64,000 bases of DNA from Candidatus Giovannonibacteria bacterium RIFCSPLOWO2_02_FULL_43_54 (GTDB taxonomy: Bacteria > Patescibacteriota > Minisyncoccia > UBA11713 > 2-01-FULL-45-33). The stretch is from NCBI GenBank assembly GCA_001778875.1, contig MFIK01000041.1, positions 2,033-66,032 of the forward strand. Reading direction: 5' to 3'. Below are positions 19,025 to 28,374 of this stretch, in pieces. Below the pieces are notes generated by a model. That model was not told the origin of the DNA. It saw nothing but the letters and a program-made list of their open reading frames with translations, and made no database searches. The translations under genes and the position numbers were made by a program. Numbering within the stretch: position 1 is the first letter of the stretch; every line of letters begins with the position of its first letter.

Positions 19025-19794
19025 GCCAGAAATCCCCCATCGACGCGGATGACTTCTCCGGTCAAAAATTGCGGGGCAGATGTTGCGAGCCAATAAATAA
19101 CTTCGGCAATCTCTTCGGGTTTTCCCAGGCGGCCGAATGGAGTGGCAAGCTTATATCCAGCCACCATTTTTTCAGAAAGCTGTTTCGCCATATCCGTATC
19201 AACAATTCCAGGCGCCACAGCATTCACCGCGATATCGTGCGGCGGGCCGTTTTTATTGAACGGCGCTTCTTTTGCAAGAGCTCTCGTAAGCTGTACGACA
19301 GCTGCTTTGGATGCGGAATAAATCATGTTTCCGGGGTCGGCCATGAAAGCAGAAATTGAAGCTACATTAACGATTCGCCCGTAGCCGTTTGCCTGCATGA
19401 ACGGTAATACGGACTGGCACAACTTTGCGGTACCCCAGAAATTCACGGCCATTATTTTATGCACAGCGTCAAGGTCGGTCTTTATGAGCGGGGTCATAAT
19501 TTGCGGTGCGATACCCGCGACATTGATCAAGATATCTATTTTATTACATACAATGATAAGAGACCTAAACCATTGGTTAGCATTTAAATCGGTTAAGTCA
19601 AAACAATAATTCAAAAATCTCTCGCGCTTTATGGATGTTGGAAGTGATGCAATAAATACGTCTAAATATTCGCGTTTGTTTGGCTGATCAATCAATACAA
19701 GTTTTTGAAAATTTTTATCGTCGGCAAAACACTTGACGACCGCTTGTCCTATTCCTCCCGCTGCTCCGGTTATCAAAACGGTTTTTTGGGCCAT
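19021..19794 (-). CDS. Short-chain dehydrogenase (FabG/PhaB-like 3-oxoacyl reductase)
   Basis: TGAAGGIG, NVAG, YSASK, VNAVAPG, VDGG; Asp at the end of beta2. Confidence 0.92.
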   Translation of the reverse strand: MAQKTVLITGAAGGIGQAVVKCFADDKNFQKLVLIDQPNKREYLDVFIASLPTSIKRERFLNYCFDLTDLNANQWFRSLIIVCNKIDILINVAGIAPQIMTPLIKTDLDAVHKIMAVNFWGTAKLCQSVLPFMQANGYGRIVNVASISAFMADPGNMIYSASKAAVVQLTRALAKEAPFNKNGPPHDIAVNAVAPGIVDTDMAKQLSEKMVAGYKLATPFGRLGKPEEIAEVIYWLATSAPQFLTGEVIRVDGGFLA

Positions 19795-19885
19795 GTTATT
19801 CTCCTCTCAAGGTTATTTTCGTCTATTGGAGTTTTAGCTTATTTGCGCTAGCTTGTAAAGAGATTTGAGAATTATTGGTGTTTTT

Positions 19886-21034
19886 ATGGCTAAGGCGCGA
19901 AAAAACGACTCGTTCATTATAGCGGCGAAACGACTGCCTATCGGCAAACGAAAAGGAATGTTCAAAAAATTTACCGCGGAAACTCTCGCGGCGGCAGTCA
20001 TCAGGAGCATTATCAGAATAGATCATGGCTATATTGATGATGTTATTATCGGTAATTATGGCGGTGTTTATGAATTACCTGATGGAACACTGTGTCTTAA
20101 ACAAAATCCTGCGAAGCAGGCGGTAACGGAAGCGGGTTTCGGATCTCTCAACGCATGGACTCTCAACAAAGTTTGTAGTTCGGGACTCCGGTCCGTAATG
20201 CTTGCGGACTCGATGATACGCGCGGGGCATGCTAAGTGCGTGCTTGCCGGCGGGATGGAAAGTTTGAGCGGATTTTCAAAAGAAAATATTTTGGCGCTTC
20301 TTCGCGACCCTTTTGACGGCTATATGGCATATGAAGCCGGCGAATGGTGTGCGGAAAAATTCGGCATTGGAAGAGATGAACAGGACGATTGGGCAATAGA
20401 AAGCTACAAAAAAGCGCGCTTCGCCGTAAATTCAGATATTTTCCAAGAAGAGATATTGTCGTTTAACGGAATGTATAAAGATGAAGAGCCGCTCATCGGT
20501 CCGGATGAAAAATATATTCTTTCCGATAAAACTATTTTTGAAATATTGAACAAAACTGTCGGCGGGACAATCACCGCAAGTAATGCCTCAAAAAACGCTG
20601 ACGGAACAGCGATGTGTTTAGTGGCAAACGAAACAATCGCGAAAATGCCGGGGCTTCAGCCCCTCGGCAGAATTTTGGAACATGCTTCATATGCTCACCA
20701 TGGAGATACCAAGAGTTTTACTATCGCTCCGCCGTTCGCTATCCGCCTTGCGGTTGAAAAAGCCGGCTTGAAGATTAGCGACATTGATTTTTTTGAAATA
20801 AACGCCGCTTTTGCTTCCGTAGTGCTTTACGCGATGTGCGCGCTCAAACTTCCGGCAGAAAAAGTTAATGTAAATGGAGATGCGATTTCTTTTGGGCACC
20901 CTATCGGCGCGACCGGGACAATTTTGCTGATCAAAATGCTATATTTTTTAAAACACAGTGGCGCGAGATATGGCGTTGTCAGTCTTTGTAATGCCGGAGG
21001 CGAAGCCACAGCTATGGTGGTTGAAAGCTTTTGA
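19886..21034 (+). CDS. Acetyl-CoA acetyltransferase (thiolase)
   Basis: NKVCSSG (nucleophile Cys), FEINAAFA, GHPIGATG, SLCNAGG. Confidence 0.92.
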   Translation: MAKARKNDSFIIAAKRLPIGKRKGMFKKFTAETLAAAVIRSIIRIDHGYIDDVIIGNYGGVYELPDGTLCLKQNPAKQAVTEAGFGSLNAWTLNKVCSSGLRSVMLADSMIRAGHAKCVLAGGMESLSGFSKENILALLRDPFDGYMAYEAGEWCAEKFGIGRDEQDDWAIESYKKARFAVNSDIFQEEILSFNGMYKDEEPLIGPDEKYILSDKTIFEILNKTVGGTITASNASKNADGTAMCLVANETIAKMPGLQPLGRILEHASYAHHGDTKSFTIAPPFAIRLAVEKAGLKISDIDFFEINAAFASVVLYAMCALKLPAEKVNVNGDAISFGHPIGATGTILLIKMLYFLKHSGARYGVVSLCNAGGEATAMVVESF

Positions 21035-21108
21035 GCACAAAACAAAAAACCTGTCCTGATTATGGATCGGCTTTTTTTTATTAATTTCCTCACTTAGCAA
21101 TCCGATTG

Positions 21109-21498
21109 CTAAGTGAGGATAATATTTTCCAGCATCCGGATTCTAGCCTTTTTACGCTCAAAATCAAGGAAAACGGCGGCGATGTCGATTTGGAAATCGG
21201 TTTCATCAGGAATCTTTCTGTCCAATAGATATGTCTTGATCGCGCGCGTTAGCCTTTGTTTTTTCCATAATCTCATATTGGCCTCCGGCATATATTCGCT
21301 CACTTGGAAACCCGGTTTCCAAGTGAGCGATTTCACCTCAATAAAGTGCAATCCGTCCTTATTTTGAGCCACAATATCGATTTCTCCCCATTTCTTCAAA
21401 TAGTTTCTTTCAACAATTTTATATCCCCTACCCTTCAGAAATCGGCAAGTGAATTCTTCCCCAATATCTCCTATTTTTCGTTTTTCTGATTTCGGCAT
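21109..21498 (-). CDS. yraN: YraN (UPF0102) family nuclease-like protein
   Basis: GDIGEE, GYKIVERN, GEIDIVA, FIEVK. Confidence 0.92.
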   Translation of the reverse strand: MPKSEKRKIGDIGEEFTCRFLKGRGYKIVERNYLKKWGEIDIVAQNKDGLHFIEVKSLTWKPGFQVSEYMPEANMRLWKKQRLTRAIKTYLLDRKIPDETDFQIDIAAVFLDFERKKARIRMLENIILT

Positions 21499-21500
21499 TA

Positions 21501-22238
21501 TTAATCCTTAGCATTATCCCAGCTCATTTTCCAAATATTGCGGAACGTATCGGACAAATCTTTGTTTTCTATGATTAAACCTATTTCGTCTTTGCTCGAA
21601 AAAATGGCTATTTTATCGTCATAAATCATGATTTCGTTGGTTATATGATACTTATTTTCCGGAAAAATCCTCGCATTTCTCAAAACTAGTTCACCAATTT
21701 CTTGAGCGTGCTTACCTGCGGGGTTATCCGGCGCTAAGCCGCGAACCGATATTTTGCGTCGAGCTCGTTCGTAAACATATCGGTCAACATATTTTTTGCC
21801 CAAAACCGACTCAATATCTTCAGGATTCGTAAATGTCAAAATCTCGCTTTTTGAGTTTAACGAATCGTCATAGATTGATTTAATCCCACCAATCCCTTCA
21901 AAAAAGTAGATTTTTGGTTTTTTGGCTATTTTGTTTGCGCCAGCCAAAAATTCTGGAACAGCCGCCTCGGCTAGAGCCAGTTTTTCTTTGACTTGTTTCA
22001 CAATAATACGCGGATCTACTGCCACAAAATGTTTTTTTTTCTTTTTTAAAAATATCCGCACAATACCACGCTTTTCCAGCCGCTTCAAAATCTCGTAATT
22101 TGTGATCCTATTTAATCTTGTCCGATTGGAAATTTGGGTATTTGAGCCGTCATCAAGCTCCAAGCAAGCCAAATATACAGTAGCTTCTTTGTCGTCAAAC
22201 CCAATCCCTTCAAGTATTTTTTGTAAATTTTCAGCCAT
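21501..22238 (-). CDS. TrmB-family transcriptional regulator
   Basis: GFDDKEATVYLACLE wHTH; FFEGIGGI and EIMIYDDKIAI effector domain. Confidence 0.88.
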   Translation of the reverse strand: MAENLQKILEGIGFDDKEATVYLACLELDDGSNTQISNRTRLNRITNYEILKRLEKRGIVRIFLKKKKKHFVAVDPRIIVKQVKEKLALAEAAVPEFLAGANKIAKKPKIYFFEGIGGIKSIYDDSLNSKSEILTFTNPEDIESVLGKKYVDRYVYERARRKISVRGLAPDNPAGKHAQEIGELVLRNARIFPENKYHITNEIMIYDDKIAIFSSKDEIGLIIENKDLSDTFRNIWKMSWDNAKD

Positions 22239-22389
22239 TGTCGTAAATTATTTCTACAATATTTAGTATATATTATCCTTATAAAATAAGCAAGTTTTGA
22301 TATGCGAACCAATTTTAGTAAAAGATATTGACCTAATTTAAATTTTAAGCTAAGATATAGCCAGAAGAATCTGAAATGGAGGAAAAACA

Positions 22390-22839
22390 ATGACCGGACA
22401 ATACTTGTTGGATTTAACTTCAAATTTTGGCGATCCTTTTCCATTCCATAATGTGATGCCGATGCATCCTTTTGACAAAATAAATTGGCAAACCACTATG
22501 CGCTGGGCAAATATATATTTAGTTGCTTACAAGACTAAACAAACTAATAAAAAGGTTATGCATGATTTTGTTAAATTTGCTAGAGGCATGGCAGAAAAGC
22601 CACCGCATCATAGCCTCAAGTCACTATGGAATCTGCGTGAATATTTTGGAATATTAGAACAACACCCTCGTTGTAAAGAATGTGGCCTGGAGATCGCAGG
22701 AACCTCTAGTTTATGGGATCTGGATTATTTTGAAAGAGTTCTTCTTAAACAGCCTAAAAAATATGATTATTTTTTCGAGAATTATCTTTTACCTGAAAAA
22801 TGGGTTTTGTATTATATAAAAAGCCGATCTATAGGCTAA
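22390..22839 (+). CDS. Hypothetical protein with CxxC
   Basis: 149 aa, GGAGG SD, followed by a terminator. Confidence 0.6.
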   Translation: MTGQYLLDLTSNFGDPFPFHNVMPMHPFDKINWQTTMRWANIYLVAYKTKQTNKKVMHDFVKFARGMAEKPPHHSLKSLWNLREYFGILEQHPRCKECGLEIAGTSSLWDLDYFERVLLKQPKKYDYFFENYLLPEKWVLYYIKSRSIG

Positions 22840-22844
22840 ATACA

Positions 22845-22870
22845 AAAACTCCGATATGAATCGGAGTTTT
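22845..22870. terminator. Bidirectional terminator
   Basis: AAAACTCCGAT-ATGA-ATCGGAGTTTT. Confidence 0.75.
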
Positions 22871-22909
22871 CTTGTTTCATATGAAACAAGGGCTTTTCTT
22901 TTACACTTG

Positions 22910-24328
22910 TCAAAGCGTGTTCCAAATCAGTTTGTACAGATTATCAAATCCACGGCAGGACATGATACAAATCGCGTCCCCAGGCTTAATTTGACGTTTC
23001 ATGTGTAACAACATTGGCTTAATATCTTCAAAATTCCATGATTTCACCTGCCTACCGGTAGACAAGGCGTGTAACTTATTAAGCTGGGATGATACATATT
23101 TACCATTAAACGTTTCACGCTTTTTAAGAGAGTTGGCTTTAAAAGGCTTGTAAAGATAAACTAAATCGGCACGTTTGAAAGATTCAATGTATTGTTTCTC
23201 GAACACCCTTCGCTTCGATGAAGCAGAGCCGGGTTCAAACACACAGATAATACGTTTCATGGGAAACTTTTCTCGTACGGCATCGAGCGTAAGGCGTACG
23301 GCAGTTGGGTGATGCGCATAATCATCAATTATAGTTATTCCGTTTTTCTCTCCAATAATTTCTTGTCTGCGTTTTACGCCTTCAAATGATTCAATGGCTT
23401 TTTTAATTTTCGCATCCGGAATTTTTAAGAACTTGGCAATCGCAATCGCCCCAAGAATATTTGAGATATTGTACTTACCGATCAGCTTTGTTCGTATGTC
23501 CGATAGTGCGTGTCCATTATAATGGACATCGAAAGAAATATAATCGCCGGTAAATTTAATATTTCTTGCTTTATAATCTCCGCTTTTTACCCCATAGGTT
23601 GCGATAGGGGATTTGGCCATTTTTTGGCTTAAAATAAGGGTGTTTTTGTTTTCACATGAAACAGCTATCAGGCCGTTTTGAGGTATTAAATTTATGAATC
23701 TTCCGAATGCAAATTTGATGGCATCAAGGTCTTTATAAATATCTACATGGTCTAATTCGATATTATTTACTAAACCAATGAATGGGCGGTAATGCCAGAA
23801 TTTAGGACCTTTATCAAAAAATGCCGTATCGTATTCATCGCCTTCCAAAACAACGTATTTTCCTTTGCCCAATTTAAAACTTGAGTTAAAGTTTTTTGCC
23901 AAACCGCCAACAAAAACTGTTGGATCCAACTTTGCATATTCCAATATCCAACTCACTAAAGCCGTGATGGTTGTTTTGCCATGCGTGCCAGCAATCACAA
24001 TAGATTTTTTACCCTCAATAAATTCAGATCGAAGTATATCGGACATTGACCGATAGAGAAGTCCGTTAGAAATTGCTAATTCAAGTTCCGGATTTCCTCT
24101 GCCTATTGCGTTACCTACAACTACGATGTCCGGCTTCCAGCGTTTCATATGAAACCCATTATATGGTGTAAATACAGGTATTTTTAAGGATCTCAACATA
24201 TCTGACATTGGTGGGTAGACATCCTGATCGGATCCAGCAACCTCATATCCTTTCTTTTTCAAGAGCCCTGCAAGGCTGGCCATGGCAACGCCAGCAATTC
24301 CAATCAAATAATATTTTTTCTTCTGCAT
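22910..24328 (-). CDS. mpl: Murein peptide ligase Mpl (MurC-like)
   Basis: GIAGVAM, GSDQDVYPPMS, AGTHGKTT, EGDEYDTAFFDKGPKF, DDYAHHPTA. Confidence 0.9.
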   Translation of the reverse strand: MQKKKYYLIGIAGVAMASLAGLLKKKGYEVAGSDQDVYPPMSDMLRSLKIPVFTPYNGFHMKRWKPDIVVVGNAIGRGNPELELAISNGLLYRSMSDILRSEFIEGKKSIVIAGTHGKTTITALVSWILEYAKLDPTVFVGGLAKNFNSSFKLGKGKYVVLEGDEYDTAFFDKGPKFWHYRPFIGLVNNIELDHVDIYKDLDAIKFAFGRFINLIPQNGLIAVSCENKNTLILSQKMAKSPIATYGVKSGDYKARNIKFTGDYISFDVHYNGHALSDIRTKLIGKYNISNILGAIAIAKFLKIPDAKIKKAIESFEGVKRRQEIIGEKNGITIIDDYAHHPTAVRLTLDAVREKFPMKRIICVFEPGSASSKRRVFEKQYIESFKRADLVYLYKPFKANSLKKRETFNGKYVSSQLNKLHALSTGRQVKSWNFEDIKPMLLHMKRQIKPGDAICIMSCRGFDNLYKLIWNTL

Positions 24329-24374
24329 TACAAAATGATAGCACTCTAGGCATAATTTAGAATAGTTTTGTTAT

Positions 24375-24404
24375 AAAAAAAGCACAGATTTTACTCTGTG
24401 CTTT
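24375..24404 (-). terminator. Intrinsic terminator
   Basis: AAAGCACAGA/TCTGTGCTTT stem with an A-run. Confidence 0.65.
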
Positions 24405-24494
24405 GTGTAATACCGCATTTTATCAAGCTTTGGCTCTTTTCGGGCCTCCGCTTAATCTTGTTATTTTTTCCTTTGACTTTCTCGCCGGAAAAAA

Positions 24495-25421
24495 TTATGC
24501 GTTATCTACAGTTTCTTTTAGTTCTGATTCCTTTGTTTTTCCGTGTTGTTGGAAATAATGTGAAAGAGCGTTTTGTGGCGAAACTTCGGTATTGCAGTCC
24601 TTGAATTTACATCTCACCTTGACCGTGTCGAACATTATGTATTGACCGCTTCGAGTCTTAAATCGTGGCATATATGCGGCGGTAGCAAGCTCTACGTATA
24701 GCGCCCCTCTTTCAATGCGAGTGCGGTCCAATTCCGTCATACATTCATTAAGTTTTAAAACCAAGCTGTCATTTTCAGTTTTCAGTCTTTTAATTTCATC
24801 ACATGAGCCTTCCTGCAGGCTCAATTCCTCGGTTTTTAGACTTAATTTGGTTTTTAGATTATTTATTTGGTTTACGGCGCCATCTCTCCAAAGCTCCAGT
24901 CCTTTCAGGGCCGTTTCTTTTTCTTTCAGGGCCACATCTTTTTCTTCTAAGTCTTTTTCCATTCCGTCTTTAAATGCTGCAGTACGGATCATTATGACGA
25001 GCAGTCCTATGAAGAGAAATCCGGCTATAATACCCACTCCGCCAAGCAAAAATGATTTTTTGGAATTTGCTTTTGTTAATTCAGCGTTTTTCTGCTTCAC
25101 CGCAATCGCTTTACGGCTTTCTTCGTTTAAAACCCTTAAAGCTTCTTTTACGGAAACGATATCGGGTATAGTGATTTTGCATCCTCTCAAAATAAGATTT
25201 TCATTTTTAATGCAACGACTGCCCTCGTTGGCCCACAAAAGCCTTTCTTTGGTGGTATCAAACCGCTTCGCGATGCGAGGCAGATTATCACCCCTTTGGA
25301 TATTATATTTGAATGTTCTTAATATGACTTGACCTCGTTCCTCAGCAAAAGACGCATCGTTATAACCAACGCTTATTACAAAACCCAAAACCACCAAAAC
25401 CGCTAAAATAATCTTTTTCAT
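24495..25421 (-). CDS. LysM + TM + coiled-coil + C2H2-like zinc-finger protein
   Basis: Signal peptide, YNIQRGDNLPRIAKRF LysM, TM, heptads, C-x4-C..H-x4-H. Confidence 0.75.
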   Translation of the reverse strand: MKKIILAVLVVLGFVISVGYNDASFAEERGQVILRTFKYNIQRGDNLPRIAKRFDTTKERLLWANEGSRCIKNENLILRGCKITIPDIVSVKEALRVLNEESRKAIAVKQKNAELTKANSKKSFLLGGVGIIAGFLFIGLLVIMIRTAAFKDGMEKDLEEKDVALKEKETALKGLELWRDGAVNQINNLKTKLSLKTEELSLQEGSCDEIKRLKTENDSLVLKLNECMTELDRTRIERGALYVELATAAYMPRFKTRSGQYIMFDTVKVRCKFKDCNTEVSPQNALSHYFQQHGKTKESELKETVDNA

Positions 25422-25467
25422 TGTCAAAACCCTCCAAAATCGAAAAATAATCTGTACAAACCTTAAC

Positions 25468-25494
25468 AAAAAAGCCGCCTTTTTGCAAGGCGGC
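25468..25494 (-). terminator. Intrinsic terminator of the acyl-CoA dehydrogenase gene
   Basis: GCCGCCTT/AAGGCGGC stem plus T6 on the minus strand. Confidence 0.75.
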
Positions 25495-25500
25495 AGGGTT

Positions 25501-27006
25501 TTACCTGCTTTGAAGCAGATATTCTTTGGCGCTTTCCAGCAAATGTTCCGTTTCCGCGTGGTATTTATTTGGCCACTTTAGGCGGATTTGATCGAAAATA
25601 AGATCACGCAAAAGTTCCGAATTTTGGAAAATCATAAATTCTTTAGGCCATTCCTTGGAAAACTCGCTTTTTATGAGATCCCATGCGGCCACCAAAGGCA
25701 TGATATTCGCGGTTTTTGCAGAAAGCCTTTGGTTTTTGAGTTTTAAGAAATTTCCGCCTCCCATTTCGACTTTAAGCCTGTGTTTCAGCTCCATAAGCTC
25801 CAAATGCTCCACATAAGCAGAAAACAAAAATTTGTTTTTGAACCATGCGTCTAAAATAACGCCGATCTGGACTTCCGACGCGCCTTCATAAATGTCAAAA
25901 ACAAGACTGTCCGCGACAAGCGGCGTTATCGGAGTTTCCATAACATATCCAGATCCTCCAAAAATTCGGTTTACCGCCTGAATTCTCTTTCTCGCGGCTT
26001 GCGATGCGTAAAGCTTAGCCAGCGATGCGTAATGATAAAATTCCTTGCCTTCGTCCTCCAGTTTTGCCGAATAGAAAAGTAAAATTTTGGAAATATCTAT
26101 ATCTCGCGCCAGCTCGCTGATCTCATCATAAATTTTTGAATGATTAATCAGGGGCTCTCCGAAAGTTGTGCGAAGCTGCGCGTATTCTAAAGCCAGTTCC
26201 ATGGCGTGTTCCATAACGCCGATGGCCTGCGCCGCGATCCAGTTTCTTCCATGCGCGAGTGTTGACATTGCGATTTTGAAACCATTTTCGTATTCGCCGA
26301 AAAGATTACTCTCAAACAGATGATAATTATCAAAGAAAATTTTTCCCATATGCGCGGCGTGATTTCCTAGCTTGTGGTCCGGTAATGGAATGGTCAAACT
26401 TGGAGGAGTAGGCCTAAGAAGATGTGGCAAAAAAGCTGTAATGCCTTTGGGGCCCGGCTTATTACGATTGGTGCGGGCAAACAGGATAATAAACTCTGCG
26501 ACCGGTATGTTTGTGATGAATTGTTTTTGTCCGCTTGCCAGCCATCCTCCCACAACTTTTTCCGCGAAAGTTTTGATGCCTCCCGCGTCTGATCCGTAAT
26601 CCGGCTCCGTTAGCCCAAAGGAACCCAAAATTTTCCCCACAGCAAGACGCGGAAGATATGCTTCTTTTTGGCTCTTGCTTCCGAATTTTGAAAGGGGATA
26701 GCTGACAAGAGAATTTCCGACAGCAAGTATCAATGATCCGCCCGACCAAACTCTTGCCATCTCAATCATGGCAAGCACGCCGGACAAATTGTCCGCACCC
26801 TGCCCGCCAAATTCTTCCGGAATATTTATCCCGGTCAGCCCGAGCTCTGCCATCGCATGCACAAATTCCCATGGAAAAGGCGCCCCGTGAAATTCGTATT
26901 TTATGATCATTTCTTTGATGTCTTTTCGTATATTTTGCGTCTTTTCATCCCAAAGCCGGTGTCTGACGTTATTCCTCACCATCAGATGCTCTTCGGAAAA
27001 CTTCAT
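25501..27006 (-). CDS. Acyl-CoA dehydrogenase (short/branched-chain type) with a C-terminal extension
   Basis: FGLTEPDYGSDA, GQKQFITN, FGGSGY, IYEGASEVQ (catalytic Glu). Confidence 0.93.
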   Translation of the reverse strand: MKFSEEHLMVRNNVRHRLWDEKTQNIRKDIKEMIIKYEFHGAPFPWEFVHAMAELGLTGINIPEEFGGQGADNLSGVLAMIEMARVWSGGSLILAVGNSLVSYPLSKFGSKSQKEAYLPRLAVGKILGSFGLTEPDYGSDAGGIKTFAEKVVGGWLASGQKQFITNIPVAEFIILFARTNRNKPGPKGITAFLPHLLRPTPPSLTIPLPDHKLGNHAAHMGKIFFDNYHLFESNLFGEYENGFKIAMSTLAHGRNWIAAQAIGVMEHAMELALEYAQLRTTFGEPLINHSKIYDEISELARDIDISKILLFYSAKLEDEGKEFYHYASLAKLYASQAARKRIQAVNRIFGGSGYVMETPITPLVADSLVFDIYEGASEVQIGVILDAWFKNKFLFSAYVEHLELMELKHRLKVEMGGGNFLKLKNQRLSAKTANIMPLVAAWDLIKSEFSKEWPKEFMIFQNSELLRDLIFDQIRLKWPNKYHAETEHLLESAKEYLLQSR

Positions 27007-27020
27007 TTTTTGGTCCTTTC

Positions 27021-27044
27021 AATCTGCAAAAAATATAGCACCAG
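27021..27044 (-). promoter_or_regulatory. Extended -10 promoter of the acyl-CoA dehydrogenase gene; near-copy of the mutase promoter
   Basis: Minus strand CTGGTGCTATATTTTTTGCAGATT, 21/24 identical to 30426-30449. Confidence 0.7.
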
Positions 27045-27060
27045 TTAGCATCAAGTACTA

Positions 27061-27089
27061 TTGACAAGATTTATATACTATGATATTCT
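27061..27089 (+). promoter_or_regulatory. Sigma70-type promoter
   Basis: TTGACA-17 nt-TATTCT with an extended TG. Confidence 0.7.
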
Positions 27090-27119
27090 CAAAATAGAAA
27101 ATTTTCCCTACCGACAGGG

Positions 27120-27288
27120 CTCAATCCGAACACCTTAAATCTTGTTGTAGGATAAGGAATTTCCTGTAGAGGAACGGAGAAAGCGTAGAATTTTGTTGTA
27201 TTTTATACGTTTTCTTCGTTCCTTGAAAATTAGGAATGGTTGAATTTAGCTTGCAGAATTGGTCTGCAAGTGTTCGGATTCAAATGAG
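27120..27288 (+). ncRNA. Candidate structured RNA/leader (multi-branch)
   Basis: Closing stem AATCCGAACAC/GTGTTCGGATT with three internal stems, including an 18-bp AGGAACGGAGAAAGCGTA/TACGTTTTCTTCGTTCCT. Confidence 0.5.
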
Positions 27289-27310
27289 ACATAAGGTTTC
27301 AGGAGGAAAA

Positions 27311-27526
27311 ATGAAAATCGTTAATATCCGAATATACGATTTAACTGTGTTTATGAAAGAAGATTTTTTAGAAGTACCAAACAACCTGAATGTTAGTAAA
27401 GAAAAAAAAGATTGGCAAAAATCGCAAAAGGGTTTCAATTGTCAGTCTTTTGCAGATTATTTAATCAGTAGACGAGGAGCCAAAAGAGTGAACTTAGAAG
27501 TTTATTCAACTGAATATAAACGATGA
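27311..27526 (+). CDS. 71-aa hypothetical protein
   Basis: AGGAGG SD before the ATG; terminator AGCCTC/GAGGCT-T5 right after the stop. Confidence 0.65.
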   Translation: MKIVNIRIYDLTVFMKEDFLEVPNNLNVSKEKKDWQKSQKGFNCQSFADYLISRRGAKRVNLEVYSTEYKR

Positions 27527-27630
27527 GCCTCCAAATGAGGCTTTTTTGTTTTTTTAACTTAAATAAACAATCTTATCCGATCGGTTGCGTTTGTTTAGTT
27601 TGATCGGATATAGTTTGATTAAAAAAACGG

Positions 27631-28374
27631 CTAAGTGGCAGGCTTAGCCGTTTGTTTTTTTTCTATAAATTTTTTATGGATAAAAAGTCCTTCAACGACC
27701 TCTGTGATACCCGAACCGGTTTCGGCGTTCGCAAGATATACTTTCTTTCGCCAGCCGTCATCCAGACATTGTTCGCCGAGAACCAGCTTTGCCGAGGCAA
27801 AGAATTTTTTGCCTGATCTGAAATCTTCGCGGTCGTTAACCACAAAAATATTCGCTTCTTCGCTCTGTCCGGCCTTTTCCAGATTTAAGGAGTCTCCCAG
27901 AGGCTCTATTACCTGGACGAGCGTATCAACGTGTTCGCGTATTTCAACATCGGTTTGTCCCGCTCCAGCGGTTTCGACGATAACGACATCGGAGAATAAT
28001 TTTGAATAAGCGATGATCTTGGAAAAGGAATCTGTGAGAGCAAACCCTTCTCCTCTTGTCGCGAGGCTTCTGATAAATAGTCCTTTGTCACAATCCAATT
28101 CGTCACTCCTTAAATTCCTGCGGTCTCCCAGTATTGCCCATCCTCTTTTTTTTGAGCTTGGATCAATAAGCAGAGCGACTACTCGCATGCCCTTTTTTCT
28201 GAATGATGGGATAAGCCGGCCGATAAGGGTGCTTTTCCCTGCGCCGGTAACGCCCGTGACGCCGATGACCCAGGTATCCGAGCTGTCGATATGCATTTCC
28301 ATAGTCGGATATTTTTGGAAGCAGCCGATAATATAAGCCAAAGCTTGCCTTTCAAGTATTCCTATTTTTTTCAT
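27631..28374 (-). CDS. meaB: MeaB/ArgK G-protein chaperone of B12 mutases (short form)
   Basis: GVTGVTGAGKST, IDPSS, ILGDR, FIRSLATRG, VETAGAGQ; abuts the mutase stop. Confidence 0.9.
   Translation of the reverse strand: MKKIGILERQALAYIIGCFQKYPTMEMHIDSSDTWVIGVTGVTGAGKSTLIGRLIPSFRKKGMRVVALLIDPSSKKRGWAILGDRRNLRSDELDCDKGLFIRSLATRGEGFALTDSFSKIIAYSKLFSDVVIVETAGAGQTDVEIREHVDTLVQVIEPLGDSLNLEKAGQSEEANIFVVNDREDFRSGKKFFASAKLVLGEQCLDDGWRKKVYLANAETGSGITEVVEGLFIHKKFIEKKQTAKPAT

Noticed and set aside
27120-27288. Cobalamin riboswitch
   Set aside because: No recognisable B12-box, and the structure points away from the mutase transcript.
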